64,000 nt of DNA from Minisyncoccota bacterium (lineage in GTDB: Bacteria; Patescibacteriota; Minisyncoccia; Phycocordibacterales; UBA9973): the NCBI GenBank assembly GCA_041659785.1, contig JBAZXO010000001.1:19795-83794 (forward strand), in the 5' to 3' direction. Every line of letters begins with the position of its first letter. Position 1 is the stretch's first letter. The notes below the pieces were generated by a model, which worked only from the letters and a program-made list of their open reading frames with translations, made no database searches and had not been told where the DNA came from. Positions 1 to 7,534 of this stretch are shown piece by piece. A program made the translations under genes and the position numbers.

Positions 1-141
1 CATGCTAGAACCAAAGCGAAAGAAATTTTTACTAATGCCTTACTTGGGCTCATTTATGCCGTAGCCGCTTTTCTTATTATTAGGACGATATTGTCAATCT
101 TAGGTTACAGTGGAAGCTGGATTGGCTTTAATCCTTTATAG
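1..141 (+). CDS. C-terminal fragment of a TrbC/VirB2-like (T4SS-type) pilin paralog; the CDS starts upstream of the window
   Basis: Frame 1 reads ...AKEIFTNALLGLIYAVAAFLIIRTILS...* with stop at 139-141. This matches the C-terminal EAKK-hydrophobic helix pattern of the downstream paralogs. Confidence 0.5.
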   Translation, partial: HARTKAKEIFTNALLGLIYAVAAFLIIRTILSILGYSGSWIGFNPL

Positions 142-143
142 CT

Positions 144-548
144 ATGATTATTCTTAATATAAGATATAATATAATTATGAAATTTATTAATAAAAATTTG
201 CATAGATTAGTTCTATTATTTTATGTTTTTCTTGTGCCTATTGTTTCTTTTGCACAAGGTCAAAATCCTCCTGCCAGCGCAGGGGGAAGAATTGAAAATC
301 CAATACCAAGGATAACTTCAATTCCTGTTCTTATTCATGATATTTTAGTAGGCGCAATTAAAATTGGCATACCTGTTATAGCGCTTGCTGTTGTTTATTC
401 TGGTTTTCTCTTTGTTTTTGCTAGAGGTAATTCAGAAAAGCTCGGAAAGGCCAAAGAAGCACTTATGTATACTTTGATCGGTGCGGCAATATTATTAGGG
501 TCATATGCTATAGCAAATTTGATAAATGCTACTGTGCAAGCACTATAA
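144..548 (+). CDS. TrbC/VirB2-like conjugative-pilin family small membrane protein (alternative start at 177, MKFINK)
   Basis: Sec-type signal peptide (..VSFAQG) followed by two hydrophobic helices separated by a short charged loop (..RGNSEKLGKAKEALMY..). This is the architecture of the T4SS pilin-like family; the gene starts 2 nt after the upstream stop. Confidence 0.6.
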   Translation: MIILNIRYNIIMKFINKNLHRLVLLFYVFLVPIVSFAQGQNPPASAGGRIENPIPRITSIPVLIHDILVGAIKIGIPVIALAVVYSGFLFVFARGNSEKLGKAKEALMYTLIGAAILLGSYAIANLINATVQAL

Positions 549-594
549 GTTTATAAAGTTGAAAGTTATAAAGTTCATAAAGTAAACAAATAAT

Positions 595-1401
595 ATGAAA
601 AAAAAATTACTAAAATCTGTTTATAAGTTTTTATCAATATTTTCTTTTCTAGCTCTAATCCCAATTCTTACTTTTGCTGCAGGACCTTCATGTCCAGCTA
701 GTGGTATAGGTAAATTAATTTGCCAAATACAAAATATTCTTAATTCGATCATACCTGTCCTCGTATCACTTGGTGTAGTTTATTTTATATGGGGGGTGGT
801 TCAATATGTTATCGCTGACGGAGAAGAAGCAAAAAAGAAAGGCAAGGACATAATGATTTATGGAGTCATAGGTTTCACTGTCATTGTGGGCTTGTGGGGA
901 TTTGTGAATATACTTGTTAATACCTTTGGCCTTAGTGGAACAGTCGCTCCATCTCTTTCACCGGTAGCTGGTACGAGTTCTACTTGTACCATGGGAACCA
1001 ATTTTCAAGGTGTTTTGGGTTATGTAACTTGTATTATAAATAATTCTGTAATTCCTCTTATCTTTGCTTTGGCTACCGTGATGTTTATTTGGGGTGCTGT
1101 TAACTTTTTTATAATCAATGCTGACGAAGAAGCAAAGAGAGCTCAGGGCAAGCAGTTCATGATTTGGGGGATTATTGCTCTTGCTGTGATGCTTTCTGTT
1201 TGGGGGCTTGTGGGTATACTTAGTAGTACTTTTGGAGTAAATAGTTCAATTCTACCTCAAGTAAGACCTCCAGGCTCTAGCTCTTCGACGAGTGGAGGTC
1301 CTACAGATACAGGTGGAGGAAATACAGGGGGTGGTAATTTTTGCTATGATGAATTTGGGCAAATCACATCTACTATACCTATAAATGGAACTTGCCCCTA
1401 A
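595..1401 (+). CDS. tandem double-domain TrbC/VirB2-like pilin protein (two pilin modules fused, G/S/T-rich C-terminal tail)
   Basis: Signal peptide, then two internal repeats: IPVLVSLGVVYFIWGVVQYVIADGEEAKKKGKDIMIYGVIGFTVIVGLWGFVNILVNTFG and IPLIFALATVMFIWGAVNFFIINADEEAKRAQGKQFMIWGIIALAVMLSVWGLVGILSSTFG. Confidence 0.6.
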   Translation: MKKKLLKSVYKFLSIFSFLALIPILTFAAGPSCPASGIGKLICQIQNILNSIIPVLVSLGVVYFIWGVVQYVIADGEEAKKKGKDIMIYGVIGFTVIVGLWGFVNILVNTFGLSGTVAPSLSPVAGTSSTCTMGTNFQGVLGYVTCIINNSVIPLIFALATVMFIWGAVNFFIINADEEAKRAQGKQFMIWGIIALAVMLSVWGLVGILSSTFGVNSSILPQVRPPGSSSSTSGGPTDTGGGNTGGGNFCYDEFGQITSTIPINGTCP

Positions 1402-1452
1402 AATTTGTAAGATGTATAATTAAAAGATATTATTAGTATTATAAGGTCGCGT

Positions 1453-1515
1453 TTCCGCCAAAGGCGGATAAAATTATTAGAAGATTATTATTAGCTTGCC
1501 CGTCCTTTGGCGGGG
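1453..1515. repeat. two GC-rich mini-palindromes (ccgccaaaggcgg at 1456-1468; cttgcccgtcctttggcgggg at 1494-1515) immediately upstream of ATG 1523
   Basis: Both are read directly. The second is near-identical to copies in grpE (33126-33147) and pepN (55987-56008). The first resembles 30787-30808. Confidence 0.7.
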
Positions 1516-1522
1516 AAAAAAT

Positions 1523-1912
1523 ATGAAAAAGAAATTAATTGTGTTGTCAGGTTTTGCTTTGAGTTTAGCTCCGGTTGCTGCATTCGCACAAGTTAGTGCT
1601 GTAAGTGGGAACAGTTGCCCTCCTGGTTTAGCAGTTACAGATTTGCCAAGTTTGTTGTGTAAAATTGGCTCACTTCTTAATGCTGTCGTTCCTGTTTTAA
1701 TTGCTTTGGGTGTAGTTTATTTCGTATGGGGAGTTATCACTTATGTTATATCAAGTGATGAGGAAGCAAAGAAAGCTGGTAGAGATAGAATAATCTACGG
1801 TATCATTGGCTTGGCTGTCATTATTGCTATGTGGGGACTTGTAGGTATTTTGACTAAAACATTCAACGTAAGTAACTCTGGTACAATTACTCTACCAACA
1901 TTGAATCAATAG
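1523..1912 (+). CDS. TrbC/VirB2-like pilin paralog (the ORF track starts at TTG 1496; ATG 1523 is the likely true start)
   Basis: MKKKLIVLSGFALSLAPVAAFA signal peptide. Conserved VPVLIALGVVYFVWGVITYVISSDEEAKKAGRDRIIYGIIGLAVIIAMWGLVGIL block. Confidence 0.6.
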   Translation: MKKKLIVLSGFALSLAPVAAFAQVSAVSGNSCPPGLAVTDLPSLLCKIGSLLNAVVPVLIALGVVYFVWGVITYVISSDEEAKKAGRDRIIYGIIGLAVIIAMWGLVGILTKTFNVSNSGTITLPTLNQ

Positions 1913-1929
1913 ACTGTTAATTTTTTAAA

Positions 1930-2253
1930 ATGGATTTATTTTCTACAAAAATAGCTTTTGCTGCTTCGACTACCTTTGATGGATTCATCGGGAATGTTGA
2001 TACGATGATTGTAAATCCTCTTATTGATCTTTTGTTTGCTTTAGCAGTTGTGTATTTTCTTTATGGTGTATTTGAATTTCTTTCAAATCAAGAAAATGAA
2101 GAGAAAAAAACGACTGGTAAGCAACACATGATCTGGGGTATCGTCGGTATTACTATTATGTTAGGAGTCTGGACTATCCTAGGTATTGTTCTAAAAACTC
2201 TCAACATACAAGGTATAGATCCAGAAAATAGTAAAGTTCAACTTACTCCTTAA
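1930..2253 (+). CDS. TrbC/VirB2-like pilin paralog (shorter N-terminus)
   Basis: IDLLFALAVVYFLYGVFEFLSNQENEEKKTTGKQHMIWGIVGITIMLGVWTILGIV block homologous to the neighbours. Confidence 0.55.
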   Translation: MDLFSTKIAFAASTTFDGFIGNVDTMIVNPLIDLLFALAVVYFLYGVFEFLSNQENEEKKTTGKQHMIWGIVGITIMLGVWTILGIVLKTLNIQGIDPENSKVQLTP

Positions 2254-2290
2254 GTTTTATTTTGTAGATAAAAATAAATAGAAATAAAAA

Positions 2291-2336
2291 AGGCGACCCT
2301 GATGGGGTCGCCTTGTGTTTGGTGTGAACCAAACAC
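2291..2336. terminator. bidirectional intrinsic terminator pair between the convergent pilin array (+) and the SPFH operon (-)
   Basis: aggcgaccc-tgat-ggggtcgcct hairpin plus gtgtttgg-tgtgaa-ccaaacac hairpin, flanked by A- and T-runs. Confidence 0.55.
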
Positions 2337-2347
2337 GATTCTGATGT

Positions 2348-2863
2348 TTATTGCCACCAACGGAAATAGATCTTTTCTCCTCCAAGAGGGTAGACGAGAT
2401 AATTTCCCGCTGGCATTTTCCACCACACTTCCTTCTTCGCCCCGATGAAAGGGCCAGTGTCGTCAAAGTAGATTTTCTTGTTTTTAGCAAAAACGTATCG
2501 TGCTGGCTGTGGTGAATCGTTTGGATTTTCACCACTAGTTGGACGAAGGTACGTTTTCATTGGGTCGATCCACGCTTCCAGCCCCTTCTCTTTTGTTGCA
2601 TAGCCTTCTCCTGAGGTTGGGTATTCGGGTGCCACTCTTGCTGGTAGCGGTGGTATTCTGGGCGTCGTGGTCGCCTTATAACTTTTGTAGGCATAAGAGA
2701 CAAAACACGATGTCATTCCCAGAAGTAGTGCTACTACCGCAAGCTTCGTAACGATTTCCATCCAGTTGATGGAAGGGATGTTAGGTCGTGAGGGTCGCCA
2801 TCCAGTTTTCACCATGATGGCGATTCCAACAATAACGATGAAAGCGATTATGCTTAATGTCAT
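2348..2863 (-). CDS. hypothetical two-TM membrane protein with a C-terminal W/Y-rich soluble domain (possible partner of the SPFH protein)
   Basis: ORF with two N-terminal hydrophobic helices. It overlaps the upstream gene by 4 nt (ATGA), which suggests an operon. Local GC is about 48% against about 33% for the flanks. Confidence 0.4.
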   Translation of the reverse strand: MTLSIIAFIVIVGIAIMVKTGWRPSRPNIPSINWMEIVTKLAVVALLLGMTSCFVSYAYKSYKATTTPRIPPLPARVAPEYPTSGEGYATKEKGLEAWIDPMKTYLRPTSGENPNDSPQPARYVFAKNKKIYFDDTGPFIGAKKEVWWKMPAGNYLVYPLGGEKIYFRWWQ

Positions 2864-3912
2864 TTATCACCTCCAGTTTTCAGGCCGAGCATTGTGTTGG
2901 GGTTACCCAAGACTAGGGTGCCCTGTACTTTGGCAAGTTCTTTCACTGCTTCCGTTTGGACGCGAGTATTTGCATCTGGTACGAGCTCAGTAATGTTGCC
3001 TTGTTCATCAGCTTTCGCGAGACCTGTTTTTACTAGACGTTTTCTTTCAGCCTCTGCAGCGAGTTCTGTTACTTTTGCAGCACCTTCTGCGGTGTGTACA
3101 GTTGCCTTAGCTTGCTGTTCTGCCTCTTTGACTGAGGTAACGGCTTTATTAAGCTCATGAGAGAATACAATCTGTTTAATGTATGCTTCACTAAGCTTAA
3201 TACCTCCACCTCCTTCTCTTTTCTCTATCTCTTTCCTGAATTCTGTCTCGAGCGTTGCATTGGTGGTGTTGAGGTTTCGTAAAGCTTTGGCTGGAGTTAC
3301 TTTGGAGAAGTCCTCACTACAGACTCGAATTGCTCGATCGCTCATGACTTGTCTGACTTTATCGGTTGTTCCGAAAACTCTTCGGAATACCATCATGTCT
3401 TCGATTTGCCAGCTTATGACCGGCACAACCTCAGCGACCATTGGGATGTTATAAGGATCCTTCTTCTCTTCATCAGAATCTGAAGAGTCTACCGGTCCGA
3501 ATTTAATTCGAATCGGAGGGAACATGCCGTCTGGCACTTTTTCCTTGTCGTCATTGCGAAAGATTTTTTCAGGGTCGGCGGGAAGCTCGTCCTGAAAGAG
3601 ATTCGCTGTTTCTTTATAAACTTTTGAAATTCCCGCCGGGGCAAAATATAGCCCTGGTTTTAAATTGCTTACGGGTTTACCAAAAATCTCGATCATGGCA
3701 ACTTCATCAGTTTTGATTGTGCCAAAACTGAATACTAGATAGGCCGTAACTAATGCTAACAGAACTGCTCCCGTATTGACACCGTATAGATTTATCCCAC
3801 TGAGCATCAGAACGACGCTAACGATGAATAAAGCAATTAAAAGAGAACCTATAAAGAATCTCATGGTATTTCCTTTCTTGCGCACGACGGCGCGAAAAGT
3901 GCTAAAGAGCAC
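2860..3912 (-). CDS. SPFH/band-7 (stomatin/prohibitin/HflK-like) membrane protein
   Basis: N-terminal TM helix. The C-terminal region (GIKLSEAYIKQIVFSHELNKAVTSVKEAEQQAKATVHTAEGAAKVTELAAEAERKR) is typical of the SPFH domain end. GC-rich relative to the genome. Confidence 0.55.
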   Translation of the reverse strand: MLFSTFRAVVRKKGNTMRFFIGSLLIALFIVSVVLMLSGINLYGVNTGAVLLALVTAYLVFSFGTIKTDEVAMIEIFGKPVSNLKPGLYFAPAGISKVYKETANLFQDELPADPEKIFRNDDKEKVPDGMFPPIRIKFGPVDSSDSDEEKKDPYNIPMVAEVVPVISWQIEDMMVFRRVFGTTDKVRQVMSDRAIRVCSEDFSKVTPAKALRNLNTTNATLETEFRKEIEKREGGGGIKLSEAYIKQIVFSHELNKAVTSVKEAEQQAKATVHTAEGAAKVTELAAEAERKRLVKTGLAKADEQGNITELVPDANTRVQTEAVKELAKVQGTLVLGNPNTMLGLKTGGDK

Positions 3913-4060
3913 ATTTGGTTGGTTTTATTCAATTTGCAAAGAATGGAGTAGAGACTTTTAACCATACGAATTGTATCATAGAATAACAAAAAAGTCAACC
4001 CCGAACCAAAGCACAGCTTGGTACGGGGCAGGCCCCTTATGCGTTTTTAAACAATAAAAA

Positions 4061-4087
4061 ATCCCCTTAAAAGGGGATTTTTTATTT
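4061..4087. terminator. intrinsic terminator downstream of the minus-strand surface-protein gene
   Basis: aatcccctt-aa-aaggggatt hairpin flanked by an A6 run and tttttatt. Confidence 0.6.
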
Positions 4088-4094
4088 ACTTACG

Positions 4095-4865
4095 TTATGC
4101 GTGCTTCATTGGTGACTCGTCGTAGTTTTTCTTTGCACCAAAAAGTTTTCTAACCAAGATAACCAATAGCAAAATGATTATCGCAAACAAGATCCATTGT
4201 ATTAGACCAGAAGGCATAAAGCTGTTTGATCCGAAGATAGCATTGGATGCGAGGTTGCTGTAGTTTGAATTTGCATTAGTAGTTGTCGAATTTGTTGTGT
4301 TGGTTGTGTTCTTGGAAGTAGAGGTATTGGTATTTTTATTCGTATTACTTTTTGTTGCAGAAGAATTAGAGGTATTACTGTTTCCATTGCTATTAACATT
4401 ACCATTAGTGTTGTTGTTTCCTGTATTTGTATTTGCAGTAGCAACGACATTTCTTATAGTAAAGTAGGAAGCGTTAGAATATCCTCCACCTGGAGCCTCG
4501 TTGAAAACATTAACATAGAATCCATTACCATTAGAAAAATCATTTCCGTTTAATTGAACTTGGACATGAGAATAATCTATGAAAGTTGTATAACGATTGG
4601 AACCATTTACTCTAACGACGGAAGTAGGGATAAAACCACTTCCAGTAATAGTAATAGTGTTAGAAGTAATGTTTTCGTTTATAGAACTTGGACTAATTGA
4701 ATTAATTACTGGTGTTGGATTTTCAACAGAACTAGGTGTATACGCAAGCGTAGCAGAAGCCGTAGCTGGTATAACTAGTAAGCTGAATGCCAATATAGAC
4801 AATATTTTCAAGCCGAAAACTATTGAATTGTTGTTTGTTTTATTCATATGGGGATAGTATAGCAC
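4095..4865 (-). CDS. secreted/anchored surface protein with a long N/T/S-rich low-complexity region, a possible IPT/TIG-like segment and a C-terminal TM anchor
   Basis: Signal peptide (..PATASATLA). ITITGSGFIPTSVVRVNGSN motif. About 90 aa of N/T/S repeats. C-terminal IQWILFAIIILLLVILVRKLFG. Confidence 0.45.
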   Translation of the reverse strand: MLYYPHMNKTNNNSIVFGLKILSILAFSLLVIPATASATLAYTPSSVENPTPVINSISPSSINENITSNTITITGSGFIPTSVVRVNGSNRYTTFIDYSHVQVQLNGNDFSNGNGFYVNVFNEAPGGGYSNASYFTIRNVVATANTNTGNNNTNGNVNSNGNSNTSNSSATKSNTNKNTNTSTSKNTTNTTNSTTTNANSNYSNLASNAIFGSNSFMPSGLIQWILFAIIILLLVILVRKLFGAKKNYDESPMKHA

Positions 4866-4898
4866 TTATCCATATAAATGTCAAGTACCCTTATTGTT

Positions 4899-4917
4899 GT
4901 GCTGGAGGAGGGACTCG
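4899..4917. repeat. 19-nt direct repeat of the 3' end (T-arm/acceptor) of the adjacent tRNA-Leu(TAG); the second copy is at 5022-5040
   Basis: gtgctggaggagggactcg occurs at 4899-4917 and again at 5022-5040, inside and at the 3' end of the tRNA. Confidence 0.8.
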
Positions 4918-5022
4918 GTCACAAGTCATTGCTTGCTAGCAATGCTCGCGACCCCGCCTCGGCACGTCTGCCTCCGGCTTTCGAGTCCAAAAAATATACT
5001 TCGTATATTTTTGTATTTTTTG

Positions 5023-5104
5023 TGCTGGAGGAGGGACTCGAACCCTCAAGCCTTGCGGCACTAGTTCCTAAGACTAGCGCGTATACCAATTCCGCCACTC
5101 CAGC
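5023..5104 (-). tRNA. tRNA-Leu (anticodon TAG), long variable arm
   Basis: Reverse complement GCTGGAGTGGCGGAATTGGTATACGCGCTAGTCTTAGGAACTAGTGCCGCAAGGCTTGAGGGTTCGAGTCCCTCCTCCAGCA. Anticodon loop CTTAGGA. T-loop GTTCGAGTC. Confidence 0.85.
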
Positions 5105-5206
5105 AAAAAACGTTTTGTGGTCAGGCATAATTTTCTGCTGAAAATTTGCACGACCCTGGCTCGCGCCGTCGCGCTCCGCCTCGCAAAAAGTACATTAGTA
5201 CTTTTG

Positions 5207-5279
5207 TGCGCCCAGGAGGGATCGAACCTCCGACCTTATCCTTAAGAGGGATCTGCTCTACCAGCTGAGCTATGGGCGC
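5207..5279 (-). tRNA. tRNA-Lys (anticodon CTT)
   Basis: Reverse complement GCGCCCATAGCTCAGCTGGTAGAGCAGATCCCTCTTAAGGATAAGGTCGGAGGTTCGATCCCTCCTGGGCGCA. Anticodon loop CUCUUAA. Confidence 0.8.
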
Positions 5280-5401
5280 ATATATATTTACACTACTTCA
5301 ACATACCTTCATTACTTAATCTAACGACCTACCAAAACAGCTATCGGCGCATGTATATAATCTACAAAACATCTATTTAATTTACAAAAAAGAACTATCT
5401 G

Positions 5402-5483
5402 TGCCCGGAGTGGGAGTCGAACCCACATCCCTTACGAGACACGATTTTAAGTCGTGCGCGTATACCAATTCCGCCATCCGGGC
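5402..5483 (-). tRNA. tRNA-Leu (anticodon TAA), long variable arm
   Basis: Reverse complement GCCCGGATGGCGGAATTGGTATACGCGCACGACTTAAAATCGTGTCTCGTAAGGGATGTGGGTTCGACTCCCACTCCGGGCA. Confidence 0.85.
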
Positions 5484-5514
5484 AATTTCTAAAATATTCT
5501 AACATATTTTAGTG

Positions 5515-5586
5515 AGGCCTGGGGCGGAATCGAACCGCCGTATATTCCTTTTGCAGAGGAATGCCTTACCACTTGGCTACCAGGCC
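5515..5586 (-). tRNA. tRNA-Cys (anticodon GCA)
   Basis: Reverse complement GGCCTGGTAGCCAAGTGGTAAGGCATTCCTCTGCAAAAGGAATATACGGCGGTTCGATTCCGCCCCAGGCCT. Confidence 0.85.
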
Positions 5587-5608
5587 AACTATTGAAAGCA
5601 AAAGCTTT

Positions 5609-5668
5609 CCACCTAACCCTCTCCTTATGAAGGAGAGGGTGGCATCTTTAATAAGATGACGGGTGAGG
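5609..5668. repeat. GC-rich palindromic element, family C copy (ccctctcc-ttatgaa-ggagaggg stem plus gggtgagg tail), downstream of rbfA; possible terminator
   Basis: ccacctaaccctctccttatgaaggagagggtgg ... gacgggtgagg. Same architecture as the copies at 22171-22225, 24626-24664 and 25063-25099. Confidence 0.7.
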
Positions 5669-5678
5669 TGTATTAATC

Positions 5679-6011
5679 CTAACCATTTCGCAGCAGTTCG
5701 TCAATTTTTTGACGATTTTTTTCTCCTTTATCTATTTCTATATCAATAAACGGAATTACTTTTATTGGCATATTCTTTTTTAAGAAATCACGCAACTCAG
5801 CTCTTTTACGTTTTGCGAATTCTAATGCGTCATGTTCTTTTGCGGTAGGTAAGACTGTTATAAATATGGTTGCACGTTTTAGGTCAAGGGAGGCATTGGC
5901 ATACGTGACGGTTATTAGAGAAGTTCTATTGTTCTCACGTCCTAGAAACTGAGCAGAGAGCTCTTTTATTTGATTTGATACTTTTTCAATTCTGTTGCTG
6001 TTTTCAGACAT
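5679..6011 (-). CDS. rbfA: ribosome-binding factor A
   Basis: 110 aa. The ..LITVTYANASLDLKRATIFITVL.. core resembles the RbfA KH-like motif. Sits immediately downstream of infB. Confidence 0.75.
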   Translation of the reverse strand: MSENSNRIEKVSNQIKELSAQFLGRENNRTSLITVTYANASLDLKRATIFITVLPTAKEHDALEFAKRKRAELRDFLKKNMPIKVIPFIDIEIDKGEKNRQKIDELLRNG

Positions 6012-6012
6012 A

Positions 6013-7530
6013 TTACTTTTGTATTATTGAGAATGATTCGAGTACATCTCCAGCGACGACTTCTATTTTTGATTCAATCATCATTCCGAATTCAGATCCT
6101 TCTTCGACGGTGCTTGTTTTTATTTTATTTTTTTCTAAGTTAATGATTTTTGCACGACCAATTTCAAATTCTCTGCGCATTATTCTGACTGTACTGTTTA
6201 AGTTAATTTGTCCAACGGTAACTTTACCTCCCACTATTTGGCGTTCTTTTGTGCGGCTAAAAGCTCGAATAATCTTTGCGCTCCCTGTTGTCTCCATGGT
6301 TTCAATCTTGGGCCTTCTTATTTCCATTTGTTCTTCCAGCCATTCTGTCATTTTATAAATGATTTCAAAGTATGAAATAGTTATTCCTCTTTTTTCTGCT
6401 ATTTCTAGCGCGCTTTTATCTGTCTTTACATTAAATCCGATGACGAGCGCGTCTGCACCAGAAGATACTCCTTTTATATCAGATTCAGAAATGGGTCCGA
6501 TGCCTTTTACCACGATTTTAAATTCAGCATTATCGTTCTGTATTTTAGTGATTTCTTTTTCAATAGCCTCGATAGAACCTGAAACATCTGCTTTTAATAT
6601 TATAGGTATAATTTTTTTTTCTCCCCCTTGAGAAGGGGGAGTGCCCAAAGGGCGAGGGGGTAATTTTTCTTTCCAATTTTTCACACATTTTTCAGCATCG
6701 CTCTTTTTTTGAAAAGTTTTAAATTGTGCTCCAACTCTAGGCATTTTGTCGAAGCCCACAACACGCACCGGGGAAGAGAATGTAGCTTCATCGATTGATT
6801 TCCCCAGGAAATTTTCGATTATTCGAGTAGAGCACATAGTGTCTTCTACAACGACTGTCATACCTTTTTTAATTGAGCCATTTTTAATGACCAAGGTAGC
6901 CATTATTCCACGCCTAGAATCTAAATTTACTTCAATAACAAAACCAGAAGCGTCAGCGCTACTGTCACCGGTTAGATTTTCCATATCAGCTAGAATTAGA
7001 ATGAGTGATAGTAAATCATCCACGCCTGTGCCGACTTTTGCTGAAATTTCTGCAAATGGAACCTTGCCACCATAATTTTCTAGATAAATTTCATTTTCTG
7101 CTAATTCCATTTTTGTCTTTTCGACATTAGCACCTGGTTTATCTATTTTATTTATCGCGACGATATAAGGAATTTTAGATTCTGTAATAGTTTTCCAAGC
7201 TTCAATCGTCTGAGGCTTTACTCCATCTTCGGCTGACACTACTAAGATTGCGATATCAGCTATTTCTGCACCGCGTTCTCGCATTTTCGAGAAAGCTTCA
7301 TGCCCAGGTGTATCTAAGAAAGTTATCTTTCTATTTTGTCCATTTTCATCTTTATGAATAACTTCATAAGCAGAGATTCTCTGAGTTATTCCACCAGTTT
7401 CATTTTCAGTAATGTTTGTTTTTCTAATGTAGTCTAATAACGTAGACTTTCCATGGTCGATATGACCCATGACAGCCACTACTGGCGGATGTGCTATTAT
7501 TTGATTTTCTTTTTGTTTGTTTTTATCCAT
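6013..7530 (-). CDS. infB: translation initiation factor IF-2 (short form lacking N-terminal domains)
   Basis: G-domain [33 protein letters not shown], followed by the C-terminal beta-barrel domains. Confidence 0.9.
   Translation of the reverse strand: MDKNKQKENQIIAHPPVVAVMGHIDHGKSTLLDYIRKTNITENETGGITQRISAYEVIHKDENGQNRKITFLDTPGHEAFSKMRERGAEIADIAILVVSAEDGVKPQTIEAWKTITESKIPYIVAINKIDKPGANVEKTKMELAENEIYLENYGGKVPFAEISAKVGTGVDDLLSLILILADMENLTGDSSADASGFVIEVNLDSRRGIMATLVIKNGSIKKGMTVVVEDTMCSTRIIENFLGKSIDEATFSSPVRVVGFDKMPRVGAQFKTFQKKSDAEKCVKNWKEKLPPRPLGTPPSQGGEKKIIPIILKADVSGSIEAIEKEITKIQNDNAEFKIVVKGIGPISESDIKGVSSGADALVIGFNVKTDKSALEIAEKRGITISYFEIIYKMTEWLEEQMEIRRPKIETMETTGSAKIIRAFSRTKERQIVGGKVTVGQINLNSTVRIMRREFEIGRAKIINLEKNKIKTSTVEEGSEFGMMIESKIEVVAGDVLESFSIIQK
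6621..6660. repeat. GC-rich palindromic element (family B) inserted in-frame inside infB; it encodes ..[18 protein letters not shown]..
   Basis: ctcccccttgagaagggggag is a perfect 7-bp-arm palindrome, followed by gcccaaagggc and gaggggg. Local GC far exceeds the rest of the gene. The reading frame is uninterrupted. Confidence 0.75.
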
Positions 7531-7534
7531 AAAT

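Noticed and set aside
2257-3454. Several 60-90 aa ORFs on either strand inside the SPFH islet (2257-2535, 2539-2751, 2766-2993, 2894-3160, 3179-3454)
   Set aside because: They are shadow ORFs of the GC-rich minus-strand genes.
4878-5141. Plus and minus ORFs of about 70-87 aa
   Set aside because: They lie across tRNA-Leu(TAG) and its duplicated 3' end, so they are non-coding.
5105-5206. GC-rich 100-nt spacer between tRNA-Leu(TAG) and tRNA-Lys as a possible extra tRNA or ncRNA
   Set aside because: It does not fold into a cloverleaf by eye. It shares short GC motifs (ctcgcg, ccgcctcg) with 4930-4975, so it was only noted as possibly related to the duplicated segment.
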